Shown: positions 23,937 to 32,000 of the stretch, piece after piece
Layout: the number at the start of each line of letters is the position of its first letter
How positions within the stretch are numbered: position 1 is the stretch's first letter
Assembly: GCF_014696625.1 (NCBI RefSeq)
Contig: NZ_JACJQL010000033.1
Span: forward strand, 1-32,000
Origin: Nostoc parmelioides FACHB-3921
Lineage (GTDB): Bacteria > Cyanobacteriota > Cyanobacteriia > Cyanobacteriales > Nostocaceae
Length of the DNA stretch: 32,000 nt
Direction of reading: 5' to 3'
Notes under the pieces: generated by a model
Told to the model about the DNA's origin: nothing
The model's database searches: none
Seen by the model: only the letters and a program-made list of their open reading frames with translations
Position numbers and translations under genes: made by a program

Positions 23937-25268
23937 ATGGAAGAGACGCTAAAGATTTTGGTTGTAGACGATGATGAAGTAGACCGTATGGCAGTCCGCC
24001 GTGCCTTGGTTAAAGCTGGGGTACGCATGGAAATGTCAGAGGTAGGTGACGGGAATACGGCGCTCTCCGTCTTAAGCAATACCTCTTTTGATTGTGCCTT
24101 TATCGACTATCGTTTACCCGACCAAGATGGTTTAAACTTAATCGAAACAATTCGTAGCTTAAATATCAAAATTCCTTTAGTAGTTTTGACTTCTCAAGGT
24201 GATGAACAAATTGCCGTGGAGTTAATGAAAGCCGGTGCAACAGATTACCTATCTAAATTTAGAATTTCATCGGAAACCTTAGCTCAAGTTTTACGCAATG
24301 CGATACGGCTTTATCGTGCGGAAATGCAGACTGCTATCGCCTACCAACAACTGAGAGAAAGTCATGAGCAACTGGTACGCAAAAATCAAGAATTAGAACG
24401 ACAACGGCAACAAATCCAAATTCAAAACTTAAGGTTACTCGAAGCATCGCGGCTGAAATCTCAATTTCTCGCTACCATGTCCCATGAATTGAGGACACCA
24501 ATGAACGCGATTATTGGTTTTTCCCAGATACTATTACGCCCTAAATTTGGCAATCTCACAGGTCAGCAAGCCGACATGGTAGAACGTATTCTGAATAATG
24601 GCAAACATTTACTGATGCTATTAAACGAAGTTTTAGACTTCTCCAAATTAGAAGAAGGAAGATTAGAACTGAAGCCAGAATTATTTGATTTAACGAAAGT
24701 TATTAACGCCGTAGTTATGGAAATGCGTTCTCTAGCTGAGGCAAAAAAGTTATCTTTGCTAGTGCAGATTGATTTACAAAATCCTTTGCTAGTGAATGAT
24801 CCAGTAAGAATTAAACAAATTTTGATAAATTTATTATCTAATGCCATTAAGTTTACAGACTCTGGTAGTATTTGGATTAACGTTAAAGACTTACCAGGAA
24901 GTTGGATAGAAATCACAGTAAAAGATACAGGTATTGGCATAGCATCTAAAGATTTTAAATATATTTTTGAGGCTTTTAGACAAGTTGATCAAAGCATTAC
25001 TCGCAAGTATCCAGGCACAGGTTTGGGATTAGCAATTATCAACTCATTAGTGCAAATGATGAGTGGTAAAATTTTCTTAGAAAGTGAATTGGGAGTAGGT
25101 TCAATTTTTACAATTACATTGCCAAGACAATTGCCCTTATCAAACTCATCCCTATCTTCATCATCTGTGCAAGATGCTAGGGAAATGATACAGCCAGATC
25201 ACAAAGTACACCACCCTAAGGCTAAATCCAACCCAAACGCCAGAAAATATCATAATCTTAAGTTATAA
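23937..25268 (+). CDS. Hybrid REC-HisKA-HATPase histidine kinase
   Basis: ILVVDDDEVD and FIDYRLPDQDG (REC), SHELRTPMNAIIGF (H-box), [24 protein letters not shown]. Confidence 0.9.
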   Translation: MEETLKILVVDDDEVDRMAVRRALVKAGVRMEMSEVGDGNTALSVLSNTSFDCAFIDYRLPDQDGLNLIETIRSLNIKIPLVVLTSQGDEQIAVELMKAGATDYLSKFRISSETLAQVLRNAIRLYRAEMQTAIAYQQLRESHEQLVRKNQELERQRQQIQIQNLRLLEASRLKSQFLATMSHELRTPMNAIIGFSQILLRPKFGNLTGQQADMVERILNNGKHLLMLLNEVLDFSKLEEGRLELKPELFDLTKVINAVVMEMRSLAEAKKLSLLVQIDLQNPLLVNDPVRIKQILINLLSNAIKFTDSGSIWINVKDLPGSWIEITVKDTGIGIASKDFKYIFEAFRQVDQSITRKYPGTGLGLAIINSLVQMMSGKIFLESELGVGSIFTITLPRQLPLSNSSLSSSSVQDAREMIQPDHKVHHPKAKSNPNARKYHNLKL

Positions 25269-25295
25269 ATTTATATATATAACAAATTTATTATC

Positions 25296-26405
25296 ATGTC
25301 TGTTGTGGAAAATCATAAAATCGATCGAATTTTGGCTGTTGACGACACTAAAGATAATCTGATTTTAGTGCAAACAATTTTAGAAAGCGAAGGCTATGAA
25401 ATTGATTTAGCCAGTGATGGCATTTCAGCTTTGCAAAAAGTAGAACAGTCTCCACCGGATTTAATTTTATTAGATGTAATGATGCCGGGAATGGATGGTT
25501 ATGAAGTGACGCGACGCATCCGCAATAACCCAGCCCTAAGTTATATACCAATATTGTTGATTACAGCTTTTCACGAATCGAGTGTTGTGGAAGGTTTGGA
25601 CGTAGGCGCGGATGATTTCATTCGCAAACCATTTGATACAGATGAACTATTGGCTAGAGTGCGATCGCTCCTACGCCTCAAGCACAGTCTGGACGAACAA
25701 AAGAAAATGGCACGCCAAAGGGAAGACTTTGTGTCACGCCTGACCCACGATTTACGCACACCACTAGTAGCAGCCGATCGGATGTTGGACTTATTTCAAC
25801 AAGAAGCTTTTTGCAAAATTTCGCCAGAAATGAAACAGGCGATCGCTGTCATGATTCGCAGCAACCAAAATTTGATGCAAATGGTTAATACCTTGCTTGA
25901 AGTTTATCGCTTTGAAGCCGGTAAGAAAACATTAAATTATGAAACCTGCAACTTAAAAGAAATCGCTCAGGAAGTAGTTAGCGAACTCACAACTCTAACT
26001 AATGAAAAAGGTATCACCTTAAAAATAGATAGTAGTCACATAGATAACTTAGGCGAAAAAGCAGGTATAGTCATGGGCGATACCCTCGAACTACGCCGAG
26101 TGTTATACAACTTAGTAGCAAATGCCATCAAGTTTACAGACACTGGCGGCATTGAAATTCGCTTTTTTGAACCCAATAGTCATTGGTTAACAATTGAAAT
26201 CGAAGATACTGGTTATGGTATTGCGCCCGAAGACCAAGTAACCATTTTTGAGCGCTTTCGTCAGGGAAGAAATAAACGCTCAGGTAGTGGTTTAGGTCTG
26301 CATTTATCCAGTCGTATTGTTGAAGCGCACGAAGGTATGATTAGTTTGGTTTCTGAAGTAGGTAAAGGTAGTAAATTCACAGTCCAACTACCTAAAAATA
26401 TTTGA
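25296..26405 (+). CDS. Hybrid REC-HisKA-HATPase histidine kinase (second copy)
   Basis: ILAVDDTKDN and LLDVMMPGMDG (REC), THDLRTPLVAA (H-box), NLVANAIKFT, DTGYGI, GSGLGLHL. Confidence 0.9.
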   Translation: MSVVENHKIDRILAVDDTKDNLILVQTILESEGYEIDLASDGISALQKVEQSPPDLILLDVMMPGMDGYEVTRRIRNNPALSYIPILLITAFHESSVVEGLDVGADDFIRKPFDTDELLARVRSLLRLKHSLDEQKKMARQREDFVSRLTHDLRTPLVAADRMLDLFQQEAFCKISPEMKQAIAVMIRSNQNLMQMVNTLLEVYRFEAGKKTLNYETCNLKEIAQEVVSELTTLTNEKGITLKIDSSHIDNLGEKAGIVMGDTLELRRVLYNLVANAIKFTDTGGIEIRFFEPNSHWLTIEIEDTGYGIAPEDQVTIFERFRQGRNKRSGSGLGLHLSSRIVEAHEGMISLVSEVGKGSKFTVQLPKNI

Positions 26406-26468
26406 CGAGGAATTTCTCTGACTTCTGAAATTAAGTTATGGTCATTTAAAAAAAATGCAATAAATACT

Positions 26469-26502
26469 ATAGTAGAAGGGTATGAAATCACCCCTCTACT
26501 AT
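26469..26502. terminator. Hairpin between convergent genes (12-bp stem, one mismatch); possible terminator
   Basis: atagtagaaggg-N10-cccctctactat. On the minus strand a T8 run follows, about 13 nt away. Confidence 0.3.
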
Positions 26503-26608
26503 CATCTACTTGCAGACAGGATTATGGAATTTGGTGTATAGCTGTAGCCAGATAGATCAAGATATCAAGCTAAGATAAAATCCTGAAAATTAAAGGATTT
26601 ATAATCTG

Positions 26609-26664
26609 TCAACAGTCAACAGTCAACAGTCAACAATCAACAGTCAACAGTCAACAGTCAACAC
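26609..26664. repeat. STRR heptamer array TCAACAG x8 (two variant units)
   Basis: Counted directly. The heptamer and its orientation match the array at 9624-9690. Confidence 0.9.
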
Positions 26665-26681
26665 AGCTATAATTAACAGGT

Positions 26682-26858
26682 TTATTCACGGCGACAATCG
26701 TAGCAATAGCGACAGAAGTATCTATTTCTTCTCTCACCTCTATCACCTCGCTCCCCTCGGAATTCTTCATCTCTACGGTCTTGACCTCCAGCCAGAAATT
26801 GTTGTTCTTCGACGGATAAATCTATGAGTAAATCCGTTGCAAAAGTTTGAGTTGACAT
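26682..26858 (-). CDS. 58-aa secreted-peptide precursor with a double-glycine leader and an Arg/Glu/Cys-rich 33-aa core
   Basis: MSTQTFATDLLIDLSVEEQQFLAGG | QDRRDEEFRGERGDRGERRNRYFCRYCYDCRRE. GTGAGG lies 8-13 nt upstream of the ATG at 26858; the GTG start at 26873 used in the ORF track sits inside this SD-like sequence. The leader fits L-S-x-x-E-x-x-x-L-x-G-G. Confidence 0.6.
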   Translation of the reverse strand: MSTQTFATDLLIDLSVEEQQFLAGGQDRRDEEFRGERGDRGERRNRYFCRYCYDCRRE

Positions 26859-27038
26859 GATCGTTAGCCTCACTTACGTTAATAGGTGAATAACACCTAT
26901 GGTTTTATATAAGTAAGAATTTGCCGAGATTAAATTATACCCAAGCTAGAAATTAGAAAATTGAATTTCTAGCTTGAGATTGATGTAATAAGTAATGAGT
27001 AATACCAATTTTCTATGAAGTTGCACCCAATAAATGAT

Positions 27039-27066
27039 GTAGAGACTTTGCACGCAAAGTCTCTAC
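27039..27066 (-). terminator. Perfect hairpin 30 nt downstream of the SBP stop (GTAGAGACTTTGC-AC-GCAAAGTCTCTAC); probable terminator or Nostoc palindromic repeat
   Basis: 13-bp stem, read directly. On the minus strand it is followed by AUCAUUUAUU. Confidence 0.5.
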
Positions 27067-27096
27067 AGTTCAGAATAAAGCACTGTAATTATCCAA

Positions 27097-28863
27097 TTAC
27101 TTATTACTAAGAGGCTGGATTTGCCGCCAATCTTTAATATTCCACGTATCGGTATCCCAAGGAGTCAAGTCTACACCGACTAGTCTATTGCTCACACCAT
27201 TAACATCAGCACGGGCAATCAAGGGAATTAGAGCAATATCTTTGAATAGCAAATCATTCATCTGAATAAATAGCTGCCGACGTTTTTCAGGATTTAATTC
27301 TGTGTTGGACTGTTGCCAGAGCTTGTCATATTCAGGATTACAATAACGTGAATAATTAGATTTTGACCAGTTATTCTTTTTTTGGGGAATTTCGCTACAA
27401 GTAAAGCCTTTCATATAAGCACCAGGGTCTACATTAGTATTACCTGTACTAAACATTTGTAAATCAGCTTGAAACCTTCCCAATGTGTCTGGGTTCGATG
27501 GGTCTCCAGAAAAGAAGATACTACCATCAATACTTTTTAGTTCCACCCCGACACCAATAGCGGTTAATCCTTGTTTAATAATTTCCTGAGTTTTCTGCCT
27601 CACTGGATTTACAGATGTCTGAAGCAAAACATTCATCTCTACACCATTTTTGTCTCGAATACCATTACCATTTGTATCTTTCCATCCAGCTTCTTCTAAT
27701 AAATCAGTAGCTTTTTTGGGGCTAAATTCATATTTAGTATTAGGTGAGTTATAAATCTCTGGTGCTAATAAAATATTGGCGGCAGGACGACCACTAGAAC
27801 CATATAATTGTTGATTTATTGTGTCCCGATCAATCGCATAGTTAAATGCTTGACGCACTTTAATATCTTGAAAAAAGGGATGAGGAAATTCAGTACTGGA
27901 ACGTTCGCCGTCTTTTGTTTGTTTATCAGGGTCGGTATGATTGATGGTAATCCGTTCTAAAAAAGAACCAAAACTAATCTGTAATTTGCCTTTGCCTGCT
28001 GCTTCTAGTTGCTTGAGAATTGGGGCTTCTACTTGCAAGTTCCAAGCGTAGTCTACATCTCCAGTTTGTAGTACTGCTCTAGCGGCTGATGTTGCATCAC
28101 CACCACCCTTGAGTTCTACTCGCTTAAAGAAAGGTTTATTAGCTTCACGGAACAGAGAATTAGCTTCATAGATAATGGTGTCACCTGGTTTAAATTCTGC
28201 GACTTTATGAGGGCCTGTACCTACAGGAATCAAATTACCTGGGGCTTCCCTGGCGTTACTACCGTTAAATTTCTCAAAAATGTGACGGGGAATAATCATT
28301 CCATTTAAGCCCACAAAAGGTAGTGACCAAGCTGGGTTAGGACTGTGGAAATTAATTTTGACAGTGTAATCATCGATGGCTTCGACGCTTTTCACGACTT
28401 CGTAATTAGCGGAAGTGGTAGCACCGACAGCCGGATTGGAGAGAAATTTGTAAGTAAATACCACATCCGCAGCCGTAAAAGGTTGACCATCAGACCATTT
28501 GACTCCTTGCTTGAGTTTCCAGGTAACTGATTTACCATCTTTGGCTATACCACCATTTTCTAGAGTAGGTTCCTCTGCGGCTAAAAACAGAACCAATTTA
28601 CCGTCTTTATCGTGGCTGGCCAGGGGTTCATAGACGATACGGCTGGCTTCAAAGTCTTTAGATCCTTGGGCTAAGTGAGGATTGAGAATAGTTGGTGCTT
28701 GCCAATAGAGTAGACGTAAGTTTTCGCCTGCACTAGAGTTTGTTAGAGGTGTAGAAGTTGTAGGAGTTTCCGCCTGAGGAAAAGAACAACCAGCAAGGAA
28801 AAATATATTTAGTAACGACCAAGTAAAAATTTGACCCTGACGAAATTTATTCAAGATAACCAT
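27097..28863 (-). CDS. ABC-transporter family-5 (peptide/nickel/opine) substrate-binding lipoprotein; no adjacent permease or ATPase genes
   Basis: 588 aa with a lipobox FFLAGCS. Its size and motifs (WSDGxPFTAxDVxFT; YxxxxxxxDxxxR) are typical of OppA/DppA-like SBPs. Confidence 0.88.
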   Translation of the reverse strand: MVILNKFRQGQIFTWSLLNIFFLAGCSFPQAETPTTSTPLTNSSAGENLRLLYWQAPTILNPHLAQGSKDFEASRIVYEPLASHDKDGKLVLFLAAEEPTLENGGIAKDGKSVTWKLKQGVKWSDGQPFTAADVVFTYKFLSNPAVGATTSANYEVVKSVEAIDDYTVKINFHSPNPAWSLPFVGLNGMIIPRHIFEKFNGSNAREAPGNLIPVGTGPHKVAEFKPGDTIIYEANSLFREANKPFFKRVELKGGGDATSAARAVLQTGDVDYAWNLQVEAPILKQLEAAGKGKLQISFGSFLERITINHTDPDKQTKDGERSSTEFPHPFFQDIKVRQAFNYAIDRDTINQQLYGSSGRPAANILLAPEIYNSPNTKYEFSPKKATDLLEEAGWKDTNGNGIRDKNGVEMNVLLQTSVNPVRQKTQEIIKQGLTAIGVGVELKSIDGSIFFSGDPSNPDTLGRFQADLQMFSTGNTNVDPGAYMKGFTCSEIPQKKNNWSKSNYSRYCNPEYDKLWQQSNTELNPEKRRQLFIQMNDLLFKDIALIPLIARADVNGVSNRLVGVDLTPWDTDTWNIKDWRQIQPLSNK

Positions 28864-28942
28864 TTTGGATTTTCTCTAGCAGTATTAGTTATTGGCTGGA
28901 TTGATTACAGCTGTGGTAACGGTAAATCATCAAACTTTAAAT

Positions 28943-28983
28943 GTAATAAATGGTACTACTATTTTTGAATGTTGTTTTAAAAT
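28943..28983 (+). promoter_or_regulatory. Candidate NtcA-type promoter: GTA-N8-TAC (28943-28956), 21 nt, then TAAAAT (28978-28983)
   Basis: Read directly. The spacing is within 1 nt of the canonical GTAN8TAC-N22-TAN3T. The motif is short and the region AT-rich, so a chance match is possible. Confidence 0.3.
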
Positions 28984-28989
28984 ACTCAG

Positions 28990-29239
28990 AAATAGCGTTT
29001 TTTTATTTTGTCAGTTTTGGCATTTTGGCAACTGATGGAAAATCGCCTATGATAACTTGATGGGAATTGTGAGGATGGAAATGATTAACAGCCCAAGTAC
29101 GGCATAGATCAACGTTCTTGTCGTTCACATCATTAATATTCCTTTCAATCTATTAAATTTTATTTTTCCTATTTTCCAGAGTCCAAGGTGTATTGCCACT
29201 TTCAAGCTACTTCGACGGGGTAAAACCCGTCTTTTTTTT
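28990..29239 (+). ncRNA. Candidate sRNA of about 250 nt, running from the NtcA-type promoter to a strong intrinsic terminator
   Basis: No + strand ORF exceeds 15 codons between about 28990 and 29213. The terminator lies at 29214-29239, and both flanking genes are on the opposite strand. Confidence 0.35.
29214..29239 (+). terminator. Rho-independent terminator (GACGGG-gtaaaa-CCCGTC followed by T8)
   Basis: Stem 29214-29219 pairs with 29226-29231; T8 at 29232-29239. Confidence 0.7.
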
Positions 29240-29409
29240 GGTAATAAATGAAAAAAGCGGATTAAATTACCTTAAATGTAATTATTAATACTAATATCGG
29301 CTAAAATCAGGCTTTTTGGCGTTTAGCTACATCCTATAGGAAGATGCGATCGCCTCAAAATAACAGGTACATTATTTCGGGATGTTGTTATGCACTGGAT
29401 TTATAGAAA

Positions 29410-29438
29410 GGTTTGGTGGTGAGCCAAACCTTTTTTTT
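29410..29438 (+). terminator. Rho-independent terminator (GGTTTGG-tggtgag-CCAAACC followed by T8)
   Basis: Stem 29410-29416 pairs with 29424-29430; T8 at 29431-29438. Confidence 0.7.
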
Positions 29439-29520
29439 GCACTGTGCGTCAGTTGTCACGAAGAGGAAAAGGAGCAGGGGGCAGGGAGATGAAGAGAATG
29501 TTTCCCCCTACCTCTTCCGG

Positions 29521-32000
29521 TTAAACAGTTTGGCTTCTATTTAAAAAAGCTTGAATTTGGTTGACAGCCTCTTCTAATTCTGTAATTAACTCCATGCTGC
29601 CTCTACGCTCTTGCTTGTTAGCCAGTTGTTCTAGCTTTTCAGCAGCTAAGTACATAGCTGTAGCTCCGAGATTGGTACTAGCGCCTTTAAGCTGATGGAC
29701 TTGTTGAGCCATTTGTTGAAAGTCAGTGTTAGCGATCGCCTCTTTAGCTAACTCTAATCTAGTTCGGACATCCTCAACGAATATTTGCAACAAATGCAAT
29801 TCAAATTCTGTATCGTTTTCGGAAAGTTGATGTAAGTGTTCCCAGTCAAGAGGAAGACTATGTCTATCAAACTCTACCGCCTGTCGTGCGTTTAGTATCA
29901 ACTGGCACCAATATTCTAATGCTGTTGCCAATTGTTCTTTCATCACAGGCTTGCTCAAATAATCATTCATGCCGACATCTAGACACATTTGTTTGTCTTC
30001 TTTCATAGCATTAGCAGTCATCGCAATAATCACAGGGCGATGACCGCTAGCAAAGGAACTTTCTGCCCAACGATGAATTTCTTTCGTGGTTTCTAAACCA
30101 TCAAGAATTGGCATCTGACAATCCATTAAAATCAAATCGTAGGGAATTTGTTTTATTAGTTGTAAAACCTCTTTACCATTAGCAGCAACATCAGCCGTAT
30201 AACCAAGGCTTTGAAGTTGTTTAAGAGCCACTTTTTGGTTAACTAAATTATCCTCAGCCAGTAGGATTCTAGTTTTTTTGGAAACAGAACTTTGGGACTG
30301 GATAGCAGGAAAATTATGATTTTGGCTGTGATCTAAATTGTTATTTTCCAACTCTTGTCCCTTTACTTCCAATTTCTCTGCTGCCAATTGTGGCGGAGTT
30401 TTTAAAACACTCGTAATAGTGTCGAGCAACCGAGATGATTTTACGGGTTTGACCAAATAAGCAGCAAATCCAATCTTAATCGCCTGTTGCACTTCGTCAC
30501 GTTGATTAGTAGAAGTAAGCATAATCAAAGGTATTGGCGGAATAGCAGAATTGGCCTTAATTTGTTTTCCCAAAGCCATCCCATCCATTTCCGGCATCTG
30601 CATATCGATTAAGATGACATCGTAGGGCTGGTTCTGCTGACAAGCTTCAATAATCATGCTTAGAGCAGCAACAGCTCTATCAGCTTGATCTACCTGCATT
30701 CCCCATCGACTAACTTGGTGATAGATAATTTTTCGATTAGTGGCGTGGTCATCCACCACCAGTAAACGACGATTGTTTAACAGTCCACAATCTTCTACAA
30801 AAGAAACAGGCTGGAGTTGTTTGGCGAAAGGAATTTCAAACCAAAATTTAGAACCTTTGCCTAACTGACTTTCTACGCCAATTTCTCCTCCCATTAACGT
30901 CACTAGTTGTTTGCATATTGCTAATCCCAAACCAGTACCACCATACTTACGTGTGGTGGAAGCATCTACTTGAGTAAAAGGGGTAAACAGTTTTTGTTGG
31001 TCTTCTAAAGTAATGCCCAGGCCACTATCTGTAACGGCAAAGTGGATGATAGCTGTAGTCGGAGTTTCCGATCGCAATTCTACTCGCATTACTACTTCCC
31101 CAAAACTAGTGAACTTGATAGCGTTGCCAATCAAGTTCATAAGAATTTGTCGCAAACGGCTAGCATCTCCTTGGAGTTGGATAGGAACGTGGCGATAGAT
31201 TAAAGCAGCAATTTCTAATCCCTTACTATGAGCTTGGGGGGCTAATAAATCTAAAACTTCTTCCACACAGGTTGATAAATTAAAATTCAAATTTTCTAAA
31301 GCCATTTCCCCAGCCTCCAGTTTGGAGAGATCTAATATCTCGTTAATCAGAGTTAAAAGTGCATCGCCACTAATGCGAATAGTCTCCATAAAATCTCGCT
31401 GCTCTTGGTTGAGAAGAGTCTCTAGCATTAAACCAGTCATCCCCAATACAGCATTCATGGGTGTGCGGATTTCATGGCTCATATTCGCCAAAAAAACGCT
31501 TTTAGCATGAGAAGCTAATTCAGCCTGACTACGGGCAACTTCTAGTTCCTGTCGCTGTCGAGTTTCCACTTCTAAGAGTTGGGCTTGGGCTACAGCAATA
31601 CCTACTTGGTCTGCTATTTGTCGTAAAAGATGGGTCTCAAAACTTGTCCATTGGCGGGAGTTAGCGCACTGATGGACAATTAGTAAACCACAGAGTTCAT
31701 CTTTGACAAGGATAGGTATAACTAAATTCGCTTTAACTCCAAACTTTCTGAGTAATTCTAGATGACTTTGTTGAATCTCTGCCAAATCTAGGTTGGCGAT
31801 CGCTTCTAGATGCCTCAGGCGATATTGTTGTAGACAATACTGTTGTTGATATTCTGTTTGCAAATAAAAATCAGTAATATTTTGTCCTTTAATTGCTGCC
31901 CAACCAGCAACGACTGCCTCAATAACCAGACTTCCAGAACCATCAGGCAGTAACTGATAAATTAAAACTCGATCAGTCTGGAGAATCTTTTGTACTTCTT
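29521..32000 (-). CDS. Hybrid sensor kinase GAF-HisKA-HATPase-REC-REC-HPt; 5' end lies beyond the window
   Basis: [10 protein letters not shown] (H-box), [24 protein letters not shown], two receivers ([19 protein letters not shown]; [19 protein letters not shown]) and HPt [12 protein letters not shown]. The track start at 31863 is a TTG. My translation keeps the frame open to 32000 with GAF-like [21 protein letters not shown]. Confidence 0.9.
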   Translation of the reverse strand, partial: EVQKILQTDRVLIYQLLPDGSGSLVIEAVVAGWAAIKGQNITDFYLQTEYQQQYCLQQYRLRHLEAIANLDLAEIQQSHLELLRKFGVKANLVIPILVKDELCGLLIVHQCANSRQWTSFETHLLRQIADQVGIAVAQAQLLEVETRQRQELEVARSQAELASHAKSVFLANMSHEIRTPMNAVLGMTGLMLETLLNQEQRDFMETIRISGDALLTLINEILDLSKLEAGEMALENLNFNLSTCVEEVLDLLAPQAHSKGLEIAALIYRHVPIQLQGDASRLRQILMNLIGNAIKFTSFGEVVMRVELRSETPTTAIIHFAVTDSGLGITLEDQQKLFTPFTQVDASTTRKYGGTGLGLAICKQLVTLMGGEIGVESQLGKGSKFWFEIPFAKQLQPVSFVEDCGLLNNRRLLVVDDHATNRKIIYHQVSRWGMQVDQADRAVAALSMIIEACQQNQPYDVILIDMQMPEMDGMALGKQIKANSAIPPIPLIMLTSTNQRDEVQQAIKIGFAAYLVKPVKSSRLLDTITSVLKTPPQLAAEKLEVKGQELENNNLDHSQNHNFPAIQSQSSVSKKTRILLAEDNLVNQKVALKQLQSLGYTADVAANGKEVLQLIKQIPYDLILMDCQMPILDGLETTKEIHRWAESSFASGHRPVIIAMTANAMKEDKQMCLDVGMNDYLSKPVMKEQLATALEYWCQLILNARQAVEFDRHSLPLDWEHLHQLSENDTEFELHLLQIFVEDVRTRLELAKEAIANTDFQQMAQQVHQLKGASTNLGATAMYLAAEKLEQLANKQERRGSMELITELEEAVNQIQAFLNRSQTV

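Noticed and set aside
21158-26491. Minus-strand ORFs 21158-21343, 22762-22959, 23888-24079, 24563-24940, 25348-25551, 25571-25759 and 26261-26491
   Set aside because: They are antisense to tnpB and the two-component genes. None has an RBS or domain signature.
26682-26873. Track start for the small peptide (GTG at 26873, MRLTIM...), and a PatS/HetN-type morphogen interpretation of the core
   Set aside because: The GTG lies inside the SD-like GTGAGG that serves the ATG at 26858. The core contains RGERG/RGDRG but not the RGSGR (or RGTGR) pentapeptide that defines the PatS, HetN and PatX inhibitors.
26992-27005. Perfect GTA-N8-TAC (GTAATGAGTAATAC) 140 bp upstream of the peptide gene
   Set aside because: No TAN3T box lies about 22 nt away on either strand. 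The motif arises from GTAAT-type repeat sequence, and a motif with 6 specified bases is expected several times by chance in 32 kb of AT-rich DNA.
28950-29060. 36-codon hydrophobic + strand ORF (MVLLFLNVVLKYSEIAFFYFVSFGILATDGKSPMIT)
   Set aside because: Its ATG lies inside the putative NtcA box, upstream of the predicted TSS. There is no SD, and the AT-rich sequence readily yields Phe/Leu/Ile-rich translations.
29278-29291. Second perfect GTA-N8-TAC (GTAATTATTAATAC) upstream of the second + strand terminator
   Set aside because: The nearest -10-like hexamer, TAAAAT (29302-29307), is only 10 nt away and nothing suitable lies at about 22 nt. It is kept only as a weak note.
28345-31510. Plus-strand ORFs 28345-28530, 31013-31198 and 31322-31510
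   Set aside because: They are antisense to the SBP and GAF hybrid kinase genes.
31861-31863. Track start (TTG at 31863) for the hybrid kinase
   Set aside because: My translation shows the frame stays open to base 32000 and encodes GAF-like sequence, so the gene is 5'-truncated by the window rather than starting here.

Overview
This 32-kb window looks like a chromosomal segment from a filamentous, Nostocales-type cyanobacterium. The basis is many copies of the HIP1 octamer GCGATCGC, heptameric STRR arrays (TCAACAG and others), Nostoc-style palindromic mini-repeats and the gene content. I found no rRNA, tRNA or CRISPR. About 22 protein genes are credible. On the + strand from the left: an NB-ARC/TPR STAND NTPase whose N-terminal module is cut off by one in-frame TGA; a 21-bp tandem array next to a MITE-like element; a decayed toxin-antitoxin pair with a truncated PIN toxin; and an FHA protein. 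Then come a small hypothetical protein (-), a rhomboid with both catalytic residues substituted (-), a Hanks-type Ser/Thr kinase fused to TPRs (+) and a GT8-like protein (+). A long minus-strand block (19538 down to 9710) follows: NarL-type response regulator, an unassigned P-loop ATPase, a 1631-aa TPR/nSTAND-like NTPase/TM/14xWD40 protein, a cyclase-fold hydrolase and an aldehyde dehydrogenase. Further right are a solo IS200/IS605-family tnpB with a divergent 49-aa RHH gene, abutting a four-gene two-component cluster (PAS kinase, single-domain receiver, two REC-HisKA-HATPase hybrids). The window ends with a 58-aa double-glycine-leader peptide gene, an orphan family-5 solute-binding lipoprotein, a 657-bp gene-free gap holding two strong + strand intrinsic terminators, and a 5'-partial GAF hybrid kinase with two receivers and an HPt domain. 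The best candidates for something undescribed are: (i) the ATPase plus giant STAND-WD40 module, (ii) the orphan double-glycine peptide with an Arg/Glu/Cys-rich core, (iii) the tnpB-RHH arrangement flush against a kinase operon, and (iv) the putative sRNA locus at 28.9-29.4 kb. All functional calls rest on motif recognition by eye. No database search was run.
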